From positions 1-24,511 of IMG/VR virus record IMGVR_UViG_3300009442_000037: 24,511 nucleotides of DNA, one strand, 5' to 3'. The notes below the pieces were generated by a model. It saw nothing but the letters and a program-made list of their open reading frames with translations. It searched no databases and had not been told where the DNA came from. Every line of letters starts with the position of its first letter. Position 1 is the stretch's first letter. The DNA is from a virus. Its lineage: Duplodnaviria; Caudoviricetes. The translations under genes and the position numbers were made by a program. Shown one piece after another: positions 12,193-21,750 of this stretch.

Positions 12193-15100
12193 TTATTCGC
12201 TGCTTATAAAGGCTTCAGTGTTAACTGCAAAGAGTTCTTTTTTAGCCGCGCTTGTATTAGTCATTGTAATTGTGGAGTAATATCCTGTTAAACCAGATGT
12301 ACTTATATTGGTTGGTTTAGCCACAAACAAAAAGTCTAAATCTTGTAAACTTACAGTATTATTGTTTTGAGCCGTCACGCTATTAGCAGTTAAAGATAGT
12401 ATTGGCCCAATTTCCGTGCTTGTACTTCCGCGGTGAAAATACAATACGTCATTTACCTGAGTAGAAACATTAATATCTTTCGCAAAGCTTATAGTAATAG
12501 GGTTAGTTCCTGGTACAGGTCCTGATATAGAGGACAGCCCTTGAACTGAGAAGTTTTTAGGATCAACCACCGTGTTGTTACCCTCTATAAAGTTAAAGTA
12601 TATACCTTCTTTGTCTTTCCAGTAATTTACAACTCCGTTTTGGTCTTTTGTGGCGATTGTCGCTGTCCAACCGTCATCACCTTCGTAAGATAGGGCCTTA
12701 AAGTTTTTAATGCTTGAGGGTCCATCATTGATAATAGTTGTGACAGCTGTGTTGTTTTGCGTACCATAAAAGTTTGCACGGTTAACCGTATCTGAATGTT
12801 CCCACAGTTCACCGTCTTTAAACGTGTAGTATTCAGTATTAAGAGAGATAGCGCCCTCAGGAGCGTAGGTTAATCGTGTTGTCCACCCATCAACAGTTTC
12901 TAAGAAAGAAAGCTGTTTGTTATTCAGACGCACATTGTATGTACCTGTATCTTCGTCATATGAGCCGATTAGAGGCTGCGTAGCGGCCTTTAATTGCTGG
13001 TTAAAGTAGTAAGACATGCTTTTGTCTGAAATAACTGTAATGCCGTCGTTTGATAATCTAATCACCGCCCCTCTGGCTTTATCAGTATAGTACGCCCTGA
13101 AACCGTAGGAAGCAAAAGACTCCGGGTTTTTAGATATTCCAAATTCACCAGCGAAAGGTATTGTTTGACCCAGTACGTTTCTTGACGATGTAATATTGGT
13201 ATTCCCGTCAGCATTGTAAAGAGCATCTTTATCAGCAAGTATTCTCAGTGACTTGTCTTCGCACAGCGTTACTAAGTTAGTGTCTCTAGTATGCAGCTTC
13301 TGTATAGAGCCGTAAACTGGATCAACATCTTTAGTGATAGTTTCCGCTATTAAAAACTGATTCGTATTGTTTATACCTGATATAGAATTAAATATACCGC
13401 TAAATATAAGCCCAGTACCTCTACGTTCTTGCCTGTATGGCTCTTCTATTGTGGAGCTTACTCTTACACCTTTTCCTAAAGTGGGAGCGTTAAAATCGTC
13501 TCTAATGCGATCTGATTCTACTCCGTTGCCAAACGAATAACAGTTGTGCCAGCTTAGGGTTTGGTAGTCATTAACATCATCTATGTTAATAGGCGCACTA
13601 GCTTCGTAATATATATCTAAATCAGAAAATTCTTCAGGTTCTGTTTCAAAAATAGCGGGGTTTTTTGACGACTCCACTACCTCAACAGTGCTGGATTGCT
13701 CTCTATATATAACTATTTTATCTAGTTGACTAGCTGAGGGCGCTCCACTAAATTGCGTGTCATTGAAATTTCTATCAAGCTGGTATTGGTAAACGTCCCC
13801 AGTGCCATTTGAGCCGTCTCTGTTGTAAACTGGATCAAGTATAGTTCTATTTATTATAGTATAAAAATCTTTACTTAAAGTGCCATTACTGTACAAAAAC
13901 TTTATTTTAACGCCTGGCACAAGTTTAAAATAAAACTTTGCTGCTATTTCAGGCTTATTGGTTCCAACGTTATCAGTACGCGCCATTGCTAAAGCGAATA
14001 TATCAGAGTTAGCGGCGGGTAAGTCAGGCGTGTGGTTATTGGGGTCCAGCGTATCTTCCCAGGTAACCTTTACGTCATTAGGACCTAAGGAATTATCGAT
14101 TGATGCATCTATTTCAAGCTGTGTGTCTTCAACAAGCGGCAATGAAAGATCTGATAATGCGCCTGATACATTATTTAAAAATGTACCGTTAGGGTTTATT
14201 TTAACAAAAAATCTACCTTCAAATTCAGGCAATGCTCTTTTTTTGTTATTAAAAACAGTAGCTCTGAAAGGGCTTGCCGTTATTACACCATTGCTAAGTG
14301 CTGAAGTTATTTGTGTTAACCAAGCATCTTCAGGCTTTATATTTTGTAATAAAATTATCTCGTATATAGAATGATGCTCATCGCTGGTGTCAATTTGGAG
14401 TGCGCCGGTTGGACCACCTGAAACAATTTCATACATAAAAGAAGCGCCACCACCAAATTGGTTTGAAAATTGTATATATCCCCCCTCAACAATGTTGTTT
14501 ATAAAATTTTCGTTAGACCCGTCGGGATCGTGATTAGAGTTTTCTATAGGCACCGCGTTAGGGCCGTAAAAATATATTTTATTACTACCCACTACAAAAC
14601 CACCGGGGAAAGCACCCGCTGCGTAACCAAATACCGCGGCTCTACCTACAGCAGTCTTTACGTTAGCTATATGCTCCGGGGCTTCGTTAGATATGCTATT
14701 TATTTTGTATCTATTGTTTTCTTTTACGGCTACGTTAGATTCATGTCCTTTTTTAAGTACAATAAACCCACCCTCTTGTACCTTGTTTCTCTCGGAGGAA
14801 GGGAATGAAAGCCAAACGTTACCGTCGATAGCATCATAGTAGCGGTCCAGCCCTATATTGTAATATTCGGGGGTGTTGTTCTTTATATACAGCTTAAATT
14901 TGTCAGCCCAGCCTGGTGTAGTAGACGTGCTTTTTAATCTAGCCTTTATTTTATTTTCCTTGTCGCTATTTTGTTTTTGCAAAGATATTGATCCCTGCGT
15001 TGAGGTAAACACCGGGGATTCTCTGCCGTAGTCATCTAAAAATGAAATACCAACCTGGTATTTTCTGTCGGTTTTTACAGAGGGTTTGCCATAAGTAACG

Positions 15101-16518
15101 TTAGAATGTGCGGTGTTGTCTTGACCAACTTCCATTATAATGTTACCGTTTATAACATCGTAATTTTGCACATAATTCCCGTATATTATTCTGTTCGCTA
15201 CAACCTCTTGGGCCTTTGCTTTTAAGGGCACGCTGTCGTACAGTCTTAATAGCTGAGAGCTTTCAATAACTCTGCCTAGTGTATCTGAAGTTATTTCCAC
15301 CACTAAAGGCGGAGTAGAGCCTGTAAAATCATAATTAAGCGACTCTATTAAATAAATATTATTAGAGCTCGCATTTTTATAAAGCACCTCAATTTCGTCA
15401 ATATCTACGGTTACACTAAATCCTGAAAGTACTATTTTTCTAATAACATCTTCCATACCTATGTTAAACCCGTCTCTGCCTGAGTATTCAAATTTACCCG
15501 GAACAAATGCAGCGTTTGTAAAAGGAGCGTAAGGCGAGTACTGCCCATCAGCATACTTGTATCTGTATGAAAACCTCGGGAAATCGTTCTTAAATATAGG
15601 TTCGTCCTCTAAAAGCAGCATTTCAAAATCGGTAACAGACACGGGTATATTGGGTGTAATGCTGTCAATTGTTATTGTAGCGCTGATAGTGCCTATACTG
15701 CTTAGCGTACCAGTAACTTCGTATTTATTTACAACACCGTTAACCTCGTCAATTTCGGCTGTAATTAATACTTTTGGTGTTGTTAGCCCGGTCCAAGATA
15801 TAGCGCCTGTCCAGCTTAGCCCAGAGGTGTCGCCAGCACTTAGCGTGCTTGGATGCACACTAAAGCGGGCGTCCGTAATTGGTGTAATGCCCGTACCAAT
15901 ACCGCTATAAATAGATGGCGAGGTTACCACGGTAAGTGTATTTTGCGGCGCTTTTTTAATAACCGTAATATCAGGCGCTGTAAAATCCCTTGTTGCGCCG
16001 TAAACGTGTGTGGTTGAGCTCAGCGTAGAGCCCGGCTGCGCCGAACCGGCTTTAAACGTATCTATGTTAATTACTCTAGGCTCATTTAAATCGTCTGTCC
16101 AGAATAATTGGTTTTCAAGTATATTTATACCTGTAATAAGATTACTTGTGCTAAAGTTCAATACACCGTTAAGGTCAACAAGAACAGGGGACACAATATT
16201 CGCTGTTTGATCGTACTCAAGTATAGCATCCACACTTGTACTAGTTACAAACCAGTATAACTTTTCGTTAGAAGTGTCGCGCGCTACGCCAATACAAGTA
16301 GCATTAGATAAGCCAAACTCAGGGTCCCAAGTACCACCACCCGGCTTATTATTCTTTTTAGTGTTACCTAATATATTTTCAATAGCACCCACGTCATTAC
16401 CCTCAGATGTACTTACCTGGATATTTTCACCATCACGATATTCGCCCTTAGGTACAAGACGCTCATCGAGATCCTTGTTCATTCTACCGCGAATAAAGGT
16501 TTGTTTTAACTTAGGCAT
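12193..16518 (-). CDS. Tail nozzle/stabilisation protein (1441 aa), Crassvirales muzzle-like / P22 gp10-like
   Basis: N-terminus FIRGRMNKDLDERLVPKGEYRDGENIQVS...GAIENILGN, beta-propeller-like segments (LFWTDDLNEPRVINI), RFSYRYKY, NRIIYGNY and GEFGISKNPESFA..GFRAYYTDKARGAVIRLS. It follows the ring proteins. Confidence 0.78.
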   Translation of the reverse strand: MPKLKQTFIRGRMNKDLDERLVPKGEYRDGENIQVSTSEGNDVGAIENILGNTKKNNKPGGGTWDPEFGLSNATCIGVARDTSNEKLYWFVTSTSVDAILEYDQTANIVSPVLVDLNGVLNFSTSNLITGINILENQLFWTDDLNEPRVINIDTFKAGSAQPGSTLSSTTHVYGATRDFTAPDITVIKKAPQNTLTVVTSPSIYSGIGTGITPITDARFSVHPSTLSAGDTSGLSWTGAISWTGLTTPKVLITAEIDEVNGVVNKYEVTGTLSSIGTISATITIDSITPNIPVSVTDFEMLLLEDEPIFKNDFPRFSYRYKYADGQYSPYAPFTNAAFVPGKFEYSGRDGFNIGMEDVIRKIVLSGFSVTVDIDEIEVLYKNASSNNIYLIESLNYDFTGSTPPLVVEITSDTLGRVIESSQLLRLYDSVPLKAKAQEVVANRIIYGNYVQNYDVINGNIIMEVGQDNTAHSNVTYGKPSVKTDRKYQVGISFLDDYGRESPVFTSTQGSISLQKQNSDKENKIKARLKSTSTTPGWADKFKLYIKNNTPEYYNIGLDRYYDAIDGNVWLSFPSSERNKVQEGGFIVLKKGHESNVAVKENNRYKINSISNEAPEHIANVKTAVGRAAVFGYAAGAFPGGFVVGSNKIYFYGPNAVPIENSNHDPDGSNENFINNIVEGGYIQFSNQFGGGASFMYEIVSGGPTGALQIDTSDEHHSIYEIILLQNIKPEDAWLTQITSALSNGVITASPFRATVFNNKKRALPEFEGRFFVKINPNGTFLNNVSGALSDLSLPLVEDTQLEIDASIDNSLGPNDVKVTWEDTLDPNNHTPDLPAANSDIFALAMARTDNVGTNKPEIAAKFYFKLVPGVKIKFLYSNGTLSKDFYTIINRTILDPVYNRDGSNGTGDVYQYQLDRNFNDTQFSGAPSASQLDKIVIYREQSSTVEVVESSKNPAIFETEPEEFSDLDIYYEASAPINIDDVNDYQTLSWHNCYSFGNGVESDRIRDDFNAPTLGKGVRVSSTIEEPYRQERRGTGLIFSGIFNSISGINNTNQFLIAETITKDVDPVYGSIQKLHTRDTNLVTLCEDKSLRILADKDALYNADGNTNITSSRNVLGQTIPFAGEFGISKNPESFASYGFRAYYTDKARGAVIRLSNDGITVISDKSMSYYFNQQLKAATQPLIGSYDEDTGTYNVRLNNKQLSFLETVDGWTTRLTYAPEGAISLNTEYYTFKDGELWEHSDTVNRANFYGTQNNTAVTTIINDGPSSIKNFKALSYEGDDGWTATIATKDQNGVVNYWKDKEGIYFNFIEGNNTVVDPKNFSVQGLSSISGPVPGTNPITISFAKDINVSTQVNDVLYFHRGSTSTEIGPILSLTANSVTAQNNNTVSLQDLDFLFVAKPTNISTSGLTGYYSTITMTNTSAAKKELFAVNTEAFISSE

Positions 16519-16521
16519 ATA

Positions 16522-17442
16522 TTAGTGTTTAATCCACTTGGATTGGTTTCTCATTACTTGTGCTAACTCTGCTATTTTAAGATTAGACATGCGTAGCTTA
16601 GCGTTGCGCTTTGCCGCAGACATCTCTTTCTTAAAGCGAGTGATTTGATATTCTGGAGTGTTAGCTCTTGTCGCTAGAACAGCGTGAGCTATGTATTTGT
16701 AGATAGCCTCTTCAGCAAACTTGTGTACTTGCATTTCTGCATCCGTACCCAACCCATCGCTGATGTACTTAAGTGTTACAATCTGATCCGCTAGGTGAGA
16801 GCTAAAGTGCACTATACCTTTTAATTTGTCGATGTAAAATACCCCGTTAGATTGCGCTTCTTCAGGGCTAAGACCATAGCGTCTACCAAACCTATATAGG
16901 TTGAATAATTCGCTGTCTGTTAAATCACCTGGGTTATCTGAGCTGTTTGCTAATTGGCCTCGACCACTGGCTTTAAAACGCTCCCATGTGGTTGACTCAT
17001 CACCTTCGTCAATCACACCGGTGTTGTCAAACCTGTATTCGTAGTTTGCATACTGCGTAATAGCCGTAGGGTTGCTTGTATTACGAGTAGGGTAAAGTAT
17101 TCTTTCAACACCTTTATTGTCAGTGTAAGAAAACTTAACGTAGTTAACGTAATCCTGCGGCAGTATCATTTGTAGTGCAGGTCCTATCTCAATCTCTTGT
17201 GCTTTTTCTGATGGCAGTGTATCGAAGCTAAACTCTTGAATTGCGCGCTTAGCATGGAACATTACATCGGTTCGCTTAATCTTGCTGATGATTTTATCTT
17301 CACCAACATAAGCAATCATAAAGTTACCTATAATATTATCGAGGCTGGTAAACTGGTAGTCACCGTAGTTTTCATCGCCACTATTCCAGATGCCATCGGC
17401 ACCTTCGTAGTACAGCTCGTTAGTTTGATTTATTAGCCCCAT
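16522..17442 (-). CDS. Virion structural protein (306 aa), putative tail ring/head-tail adaptor
   Basis: Lies between the MCP block and the nozzle gene. It contains the LPQDYVNYVK adaptor-type motif and LKYISDG...VHKFAEEAIYKYI. Confidence 0.65.
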   Translation of the reverse strand: MGLINQTNELYYEGADGIWNSGDENYGDYQFTSLDNIIGNFMIAYVGEDKIISKIKRTDVMFHAKRAIQEFSFDTLPSEKAQEIEIGPALQMILPQDYVNYVKFSYTDNKGVERILYPTRNTSNPTAITQYANYEYRFDNTGVIDEGDESTTWERFKASGRGQLANSSDNPGDLTDSELFNLYRFGRRYGLSPEEAQSNGVFYIDKLKGIVHFSSHLADQIVTLKYISDGLGTDAEMQVHKFAEEAIYKYIAHAVLATRANTPEYQITRFKKEMSAAKRNAKLRMSNLKIAELAQVMRNQSKWIKH

Positions 17443-17445
17443 TTA

Positions 17446-18135
17446 TTAAGATTTTTCTTGTTGAGTGTTGCGCATTTCTTCTTGCGCTGCAATTTGGTAC
17501 ACCTGAAGCTCTCTTGTAGATATACCCGCGAGCTCTAGTATTTTAATTACCAATTCAGTTTCTTCTGAAGGATGTAGCTCAAAATCTACCGAAGCAGCCG
17601 AGTTCTGTAATTTTGTTCCGTCTACTAATTGCCCCGCCCACTCTACCGTAGCGGGTCTTTTAATATAGTTACACGTTACACCGGATTCTAATGGTGCTGT
17701 ACCGTACACTTTATAACCGTTTGAACTAGCTACAAATACTGGCCGATCGTTACTCGGCTTTGTTAATGGCGATTTATTAATATACAGGAACTCATTTTGA
17801 TTAATGCGTTCAACTTCAGTATTGTTATAAATAATAGTACCGATCCTGTACAAATTAGCAGGAACGGTCCATACACCACTACCAGCATGCGTCATCGCAG
17901 CGGTAACTTCAAAGATGTTTATTTTTTCGTTTAGGATATTAAGCATGTCGGAGAACTCCGTGTCATTACCATGCATACGACCGAACTGGTTGATGTCGTA
18001 AAAGTATTGTTCAAACAAATCCATTTGCGCTTGATTGGCAAATAGGTTGAACTCCTGAGGCGTAACATATCCTCGTTGTTCTTTATTGAGTATACTTAAT
18101 ACCCGTTGATAAACAGTGTCTACGCTTACGCTCAT
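17446..18135 (-). CDS. Virion structural protein (229 aa), putative tail ring/head-tail connector
   Basis: NKEQRGYVTPQEFNLFANQAQ N-terminus, P-x-N-LY, YIKRP and FELHPSEETELVIKILELAGI fit a ring/adaptor-like pattern. The position is consistent with this. Confidence 0.68.
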   Translation of the reverse strand: MSVSVDTVYQRVLSILNKEQRGYVTPQEFNLFANQAQMDLFEQYFYDINQFGRMHGNDTEFSDMLNILNEKINIFEVTAAMTHAGSGVWTVPANLYRIGTIIYNNTEVERINQNEFLYINKSPLTKPSNDRPVFVASSNGYKVYGTAPLESGVTCNYIKRPATVEWAGQLVDGTKLQNSAASVDFELHPSEETELVIKILELAGISTRELQVYQIAAQEEMRNTQQEKS

Positions 18136-18145
18136 ATTCTTATTT

Positions 18146-18179
18146 GATTAAAGTGGAGGCTACCTTAGTAACCCCCACT
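18146..18179 (-). terminator. Hairpin / likely weak intrinsic terminator after the 284-aa gene
   Basis: Minus strand AGTGGGGGTTAC-TAAG-GTAGCCTCCACT forms a 12-bp stem with 2 G-U pairs, followed by a short TTAAT tail. Confidence 0.65.
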
Positions 18180-18185
18180 GTTGTT

Positions 18186-19040
18186 TTATAATCGTTTTTC
18201 TATAGTGTTCAGTACTTCCATGCCTTCATCAGTTTTGAAGTATGCAGCAAGTGCTGAGTATGGGTGCTCGTCAAATGGCACCGTCATTAGCTTACGCCCT
18301 GTATTAGCGTAACTGAATGTTCTTTGGTCTTGTGATAATGCAATCAATCCTTGTTCAACCGCTTTAATACCGATGTTACGCAAGTGTACGTTTTCGTCAT
18401 TAGCTAGTTCTATGAACAATTGAGGGTTGCGGCGAGCAAACACAAGGAGATCGCGTTTAAGTTCCTTAGAACTCATCTCAGATACCTTGGAACCGAATTC
18501 TACACGCAAGATTGCTTCAGCTTCATCAACATCCATTGCTTTAGCCGCGTTCATTGCGTCAAGTTCTAATTCAATCCAACCAACTTCGTTTTCAGCAACC
18601 GCTTCTGGCTTGTATTCTTCAATAACACCTTTTTCCATAAATGGATGGTAAAGCGATAATAGCTTTTGAAGTACCACGTTTTCTTTGGGTACATTCAACA
18701 CACCGTTTCTAAATGCAATGCGACCTAATGTAGCGGGCCCTTCTTGCTCATCTACAAAACAAGAACGTTGGTTAGTTGCATATCTAATTTCACGCTGGTA
18801 TCCTTTTTCTTCATCAAACCAAAGCAAAGGCTTTTTAGCCGAATGCACTGCTGGTAGCGTGAATACTAAAGGCTTTTTACGACCGGTTAATTCATATAAG
18901 CGGTCTTTGTATTCCCAGGTAGGTTTTTTTGGCAGTGGAGGGGTAACCTTTGTATTTTCAAATGATACTTGAGGTGCCTCTACTGTAGTTTCTTTTTTAA
19001 CCGGAGCTGCTTTTGCTGCGGGTTTTTTAGCTGTTGCCAT
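18186..19040 (-). CDS. Conserved hypothetical protein downstream of MCP (284 aa)
   Basis: Long ORF with a Lys/Ala/Pro-rich N-terminus and a conserved-looking core (LLWFDEEKGYQREIRYATNQRS, SSKELKRDLLVFAR, VPFDEHPYSALAAYFKTDEG). Confidence 0.8.
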   Translation of the reverse strand: MATAKKPAAKAAPVKKETTVEAPQVSFENTKVTPPLPKKPTWEYKDRLYELTGRKKPLVFTLPAVHSAKKPLLWFDEEKGYQREIRYATNQRSCFVDEQEGPATLGRIAFRNGVLNVPKENVVLQKLLSLYHPFMEKGVIEEYKPEAVAENEVGWIELELDAMNAAKAMDVDEAEAILRVEFGSKVSEMSSKELKRDLLVFARRNPQLFIELANDENVHLRNIGIKAVEQGLIALSQDQRTFSYANTGRKLMTVPFDEHPYSALAAYFKTDEGMEVLNTIEKRL

Positions 19041-19062
19041 AATATAATAAGATTAAATAGAT

Positions 19063-19096
19063 AAAAGAATAATGCCCCCGGCCGAAGCCGAGGACA
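19063..19096 (-). terminator. Rho-independent terminator after the major capsid gene
   Basis: Minus strand TGTCCTCGGC-TTCG-GCCGGGGGCA forms a 10-bp stem with a C(UUCG)G tetraloop, followed by TTATTCTTTT. Confidence 0.85.
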
Positions 19097-19107
19097 ATAT
19101 TATAAAC

Positions 19108-20541
19108 TTACTTCAATAATACGAAGTTGTTTGCAGCTTGTACACAAAGTGCACGCTCAGACAAGAAGTGTACATTCATCTCATCAACTGCGCTAGTGTA
19201 GTTACCACCAACTGAACCAGTTACCCAAGACTTCATGCGACGATCTTCAGCTTCGTTAGCACGGTAACGGATGTGCAAGAATGGACGAGAAATGTTCGTA
19301 CCTAATTGCTCATCGTATACAGTAGAAGTACCAGCAGGAACAAGAACACCTTCGATATCGCCGATAGAACCGCGAGTAGTTGAGTCGTTCAAGTATTTCC
19401 AGTCAGTCTTGTAGAAGTCGTAAGAACCGCGACGGAATCCAGAGAATCCTAAGTTCAATGCCATATCTTCTTCGTTGTTGAATACACCGTAAGATGTACC
19501 ACCAGCTCCGTAAGAGTTTTGAGCAGCAAGCATGTTGTCCATACCCAAAGAAGTTGAACGATCCAAGAACAACATGTTTTCTTCGATAGCTCCTTGCTTG
19601 TCAAGTTCAGCCAAGATTTCGTCAAATTGAGCGAGACCGTTAGCACCACCAAAGTCAGTAGAGTTGTAAACCAAACCACGAGACTCGATAGCTTCGAACA
19701 TACCTTCAGAACCTGTAACACCTGTAGCGATAGTCGCTGCACCTGCTTTTTCAGTTTCAACCATGCTCATTTCCAAGTAGTCTTCAAAACGTAGACGAGC
19801 TTCGTGCTCAGACTTCAAGTACCATAAGTAACCGCCAGTACCAGCTTCAGTAGTAACTTCAACCCAACCAATCTGAGCTACGTCAGAACCGTTAACGTTG
19901 TACTTATCACGTAAGATGATAGGCTTGTTCTCGAAAGTCGTGAAAGAAGCGTCGAATGAGTTACCTACATCGCCTGATCCTTTTGCATACTCAGAACCGA
20001 ATACAAAAATGTTTAATGTTCCATCTTGACCTTGAAGAGCAGCAGGCAAGTGAGCAAATGTTTCACCATATACTTTAATGTTTACAATCTGAGTAGACGT
20101 ATCACCAGGACCACTTGTGTAAGTACCTAATCCGTCAACACGCGCTTTCGCTGTAACAGTACCGTTAGAGATAACCAAAGTTTGGCCTACATTTACAAGA
20201 CCTTTGTAACTATCGCTAGTCGGTAATCTGTCAAGTGTAATAGTTTGCACTGCATTGTCTGCAGGTGTGTTTGAGTCAACACCGTCGTATGCGATGTGCA
20301 AACGGCCTTGTTCAGACCATACAACGCGGTCAGAAGCCATTGGCATTTCAGCGCCAACCATACGTAGGAATCCACCTACAGTACGCTTTCCGTAGCGCTC
20401 TACTTCCTTTTCGTAAACTTCAGGAAGAAATTGTTGTGTAAAGTCCATGTCAGCCACAGACAAGTAATTGTCCCCAAACAATCCTTTAACAGGACGTGGA
20501 GTAAGATGCTGTAGTGCAGCACCAGTGTTTGCTAAAGCCAT
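19108..20541 (-). CDS. Major capsid protein (HK97 fold, 477 aa)
   Basis: Follows the portal and scaffold genes, shows strong high-expression codon bias and is followed by a UUCG terminator. Motifs QQFLPEVYEKEVERYG, WSEQGRLH, GYLWYLKSE and LNLGFSGFRRGSYDFYKTDWKYLND are typical of flavobacterial podophage MCPs. Confidence 0.88.
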   Translation of the reverse strand: MALANTGAALQHLTPRPVKGLFGDNYLSVADMDFTQQFLPEVYEKEVERYGKRTVGGFLRMVGAEMPMASDRVVWSEQGRLHIAYDGVDSNTPADNAVQTITLDRLPTSDSYKGLVNVGQTLVISNGTVTAKARVDGLGTYTSGPGDTSTQIVNIKVYGETFAHLPAALQGQDGTLNIFVFGSEYAKGSGDVGNSFDASFTTFENKPIILRDKYNVNGSDVAQIGWVEVTTEAGTGGYLWYLKSEHEARLRFEDYLEMSMVETEKAGAATIATGVTGSEGMFEAIESRGLVYNSTDFGGANGLAQFDEILAELDKQGAIEENMLFLDRSTSLGMDNMLAAQNSYGAGGTSYGVFNNEEDMALNLGFSGFRRGSYDFYKTDWKYLNDSTTRGSIGDIEGVLVPAGTSTVYDEQLGTNISRPFLHIRYRANEAEDRRMKSWVTGSVGGNYTSAVDEMNVHFLSERALCVQAANNFVLLK

Positions 20542-20565
20542 TTTTTATTATTTTTAAATGGATTA

Positions 20566-21714
20566 TTATTTCTTAAACTTAACCTTAAGCTTAGAAGTGC
20601 TTTGCCCACTGTCAACTGCGCGTATTTTCCACCCGTTAGATGCCGTTACTTCTTCATGAACCCCTCTCGGATTCATATTAACGTTCTTTGTGCGTGCCAT
20701 ACTATCCTTCACTGCGTCGGCTTTGCCTTGCTCGTAGAAGTGTTGTGCAACTTGATCAGCATTCATAGCCGTGAACAGCGATTTATGATAACCCTTGGCG
20801 TCTTTCATTTCCCCCTTTTCATTCAAGAACTTCTTGATAAAGTTGTTAATGTCACCTTGAGTTTCTTTAATCTGGCCAGCATCGTTAACTTTAAAGCGGT
20901 ACTTCTTGTCTCCAACGTTATAATCGAAACCTTCGAATTTTTCGTTAAACACTTTCGCACTTTCTTGTTTAAACCTACTGGTTTGTCGTTCAGCAACTTT
21001 CGCAGCTTCTTCGCTCTCTTTATTATAACGGTTAAAAAACTCAACCGCTTTTTGTTGTTCCGGATTCAATTTTGAACCCATCTTAATTTCATCGTAGTAC
21101 TTAGACTTTAAACCGTCTAAGTGGTTTTTTGCTTTTGCTAATGCCTCTTTACGCTCTAATTTCTTTAAACGTATTTCGCGCTCGTCATCAAGTTCTTCAT
21201 CGTAAGAAAACTTATCGCTTAATAAAAAGTCGATGTCCTCTCTGTCGTAAGAAGTATATACTGCTTCATAGTACTCGCGAAGCAATTGGTCTTCGTTTAA
21301 CGATGCGTAATCTGTATTAAGGCGGACGTAGTCTTCTAAAGAACCGCCCGTTTCATTCATAAAGTCTACAACTTTTTGAATGTTTTCAGGTAGCTCTACA
21401 CCTGTCACGGCTGATTCAGCAATTGCTTCCGCAACCTCTTCTTGTAACTCATCTGTTACTTCTTCAACCTCTTCTTCTGTAATTTCCTGTAATACAGGTT
21501 GTTGCTCTACTGGTTCTTCAACCGAGGCTTCTTCTCTGGCAGGTTCTTCAGCTGGCTGCTCGAGGTTTTCTGCTGGTACTTCTTCGCTAACTGCGGGTTC
21601 GTCGCGTACAGGAACCTCATCTGTGCTTTGCTCTTGAACGGCATTTTGTCGTAAGTCTAGTTTGATAGTTCCATCATCATCGACGGATGCTATCGGGTTA
21701 GTTTCTTCACTCAT
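20566..21714 (-). CDS. Putative capsid scaffolding protein (382 aa)
   Basis: Lies between portal and MCP. It has a highly acidic, low-complexity N-terminus, a coiled-coil centre and a basic C-terminus (KLKVKFKK). Confidence 0.68.
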   Translation of the reverse strand: MSEETNPIASVDDDGTIKLDLRQNAVQEQSTDEVPVRDEPAVSEEVPAENLEQPAEEPAREEASVEEPVEQQPVLQEITEEEVEEVTDELQEEVAEAIAESAVTGVELPENIQKVVDFMNETGGSLEDYVRLNTDYASLNEDQLLREYYEAVYTSYDREDIDFLLSDKFSYDEELDDEREIRLKKLERKEALAKAKNHLDGLKSKYYDEIKMGSKLNPEQQKAVEFFNRYNKESEEAAKVAERQTSRFKQESAKVFNEKFEGFDYNVGDKKYRFKVNDAGQIKETQGDINNFIKKFLNEKGEMKDAKGYHKSLFTAMNADQVAQHFYEQGKADAVKDSMARTKNVNMNPRGVHEEVTASNGWKIRAVDSGQSTSKLKVKFKK

Positions 21715-21735
21715 GATAAGATATTATAAAATTGT

Positions 21736-21750
21736 TATTACTATAATTAC
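21736..21750 (-). promoter_or_regulatory. Candidate phage late-promoter motif GTAAT(A/T)ATA upstream of scaffold-MCP
   Basis: The minus strand reads GTAATTATAGTAATA, overlapping the portal stop codon. The same core occurs at 12174-12189. Confidence 0.4.
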
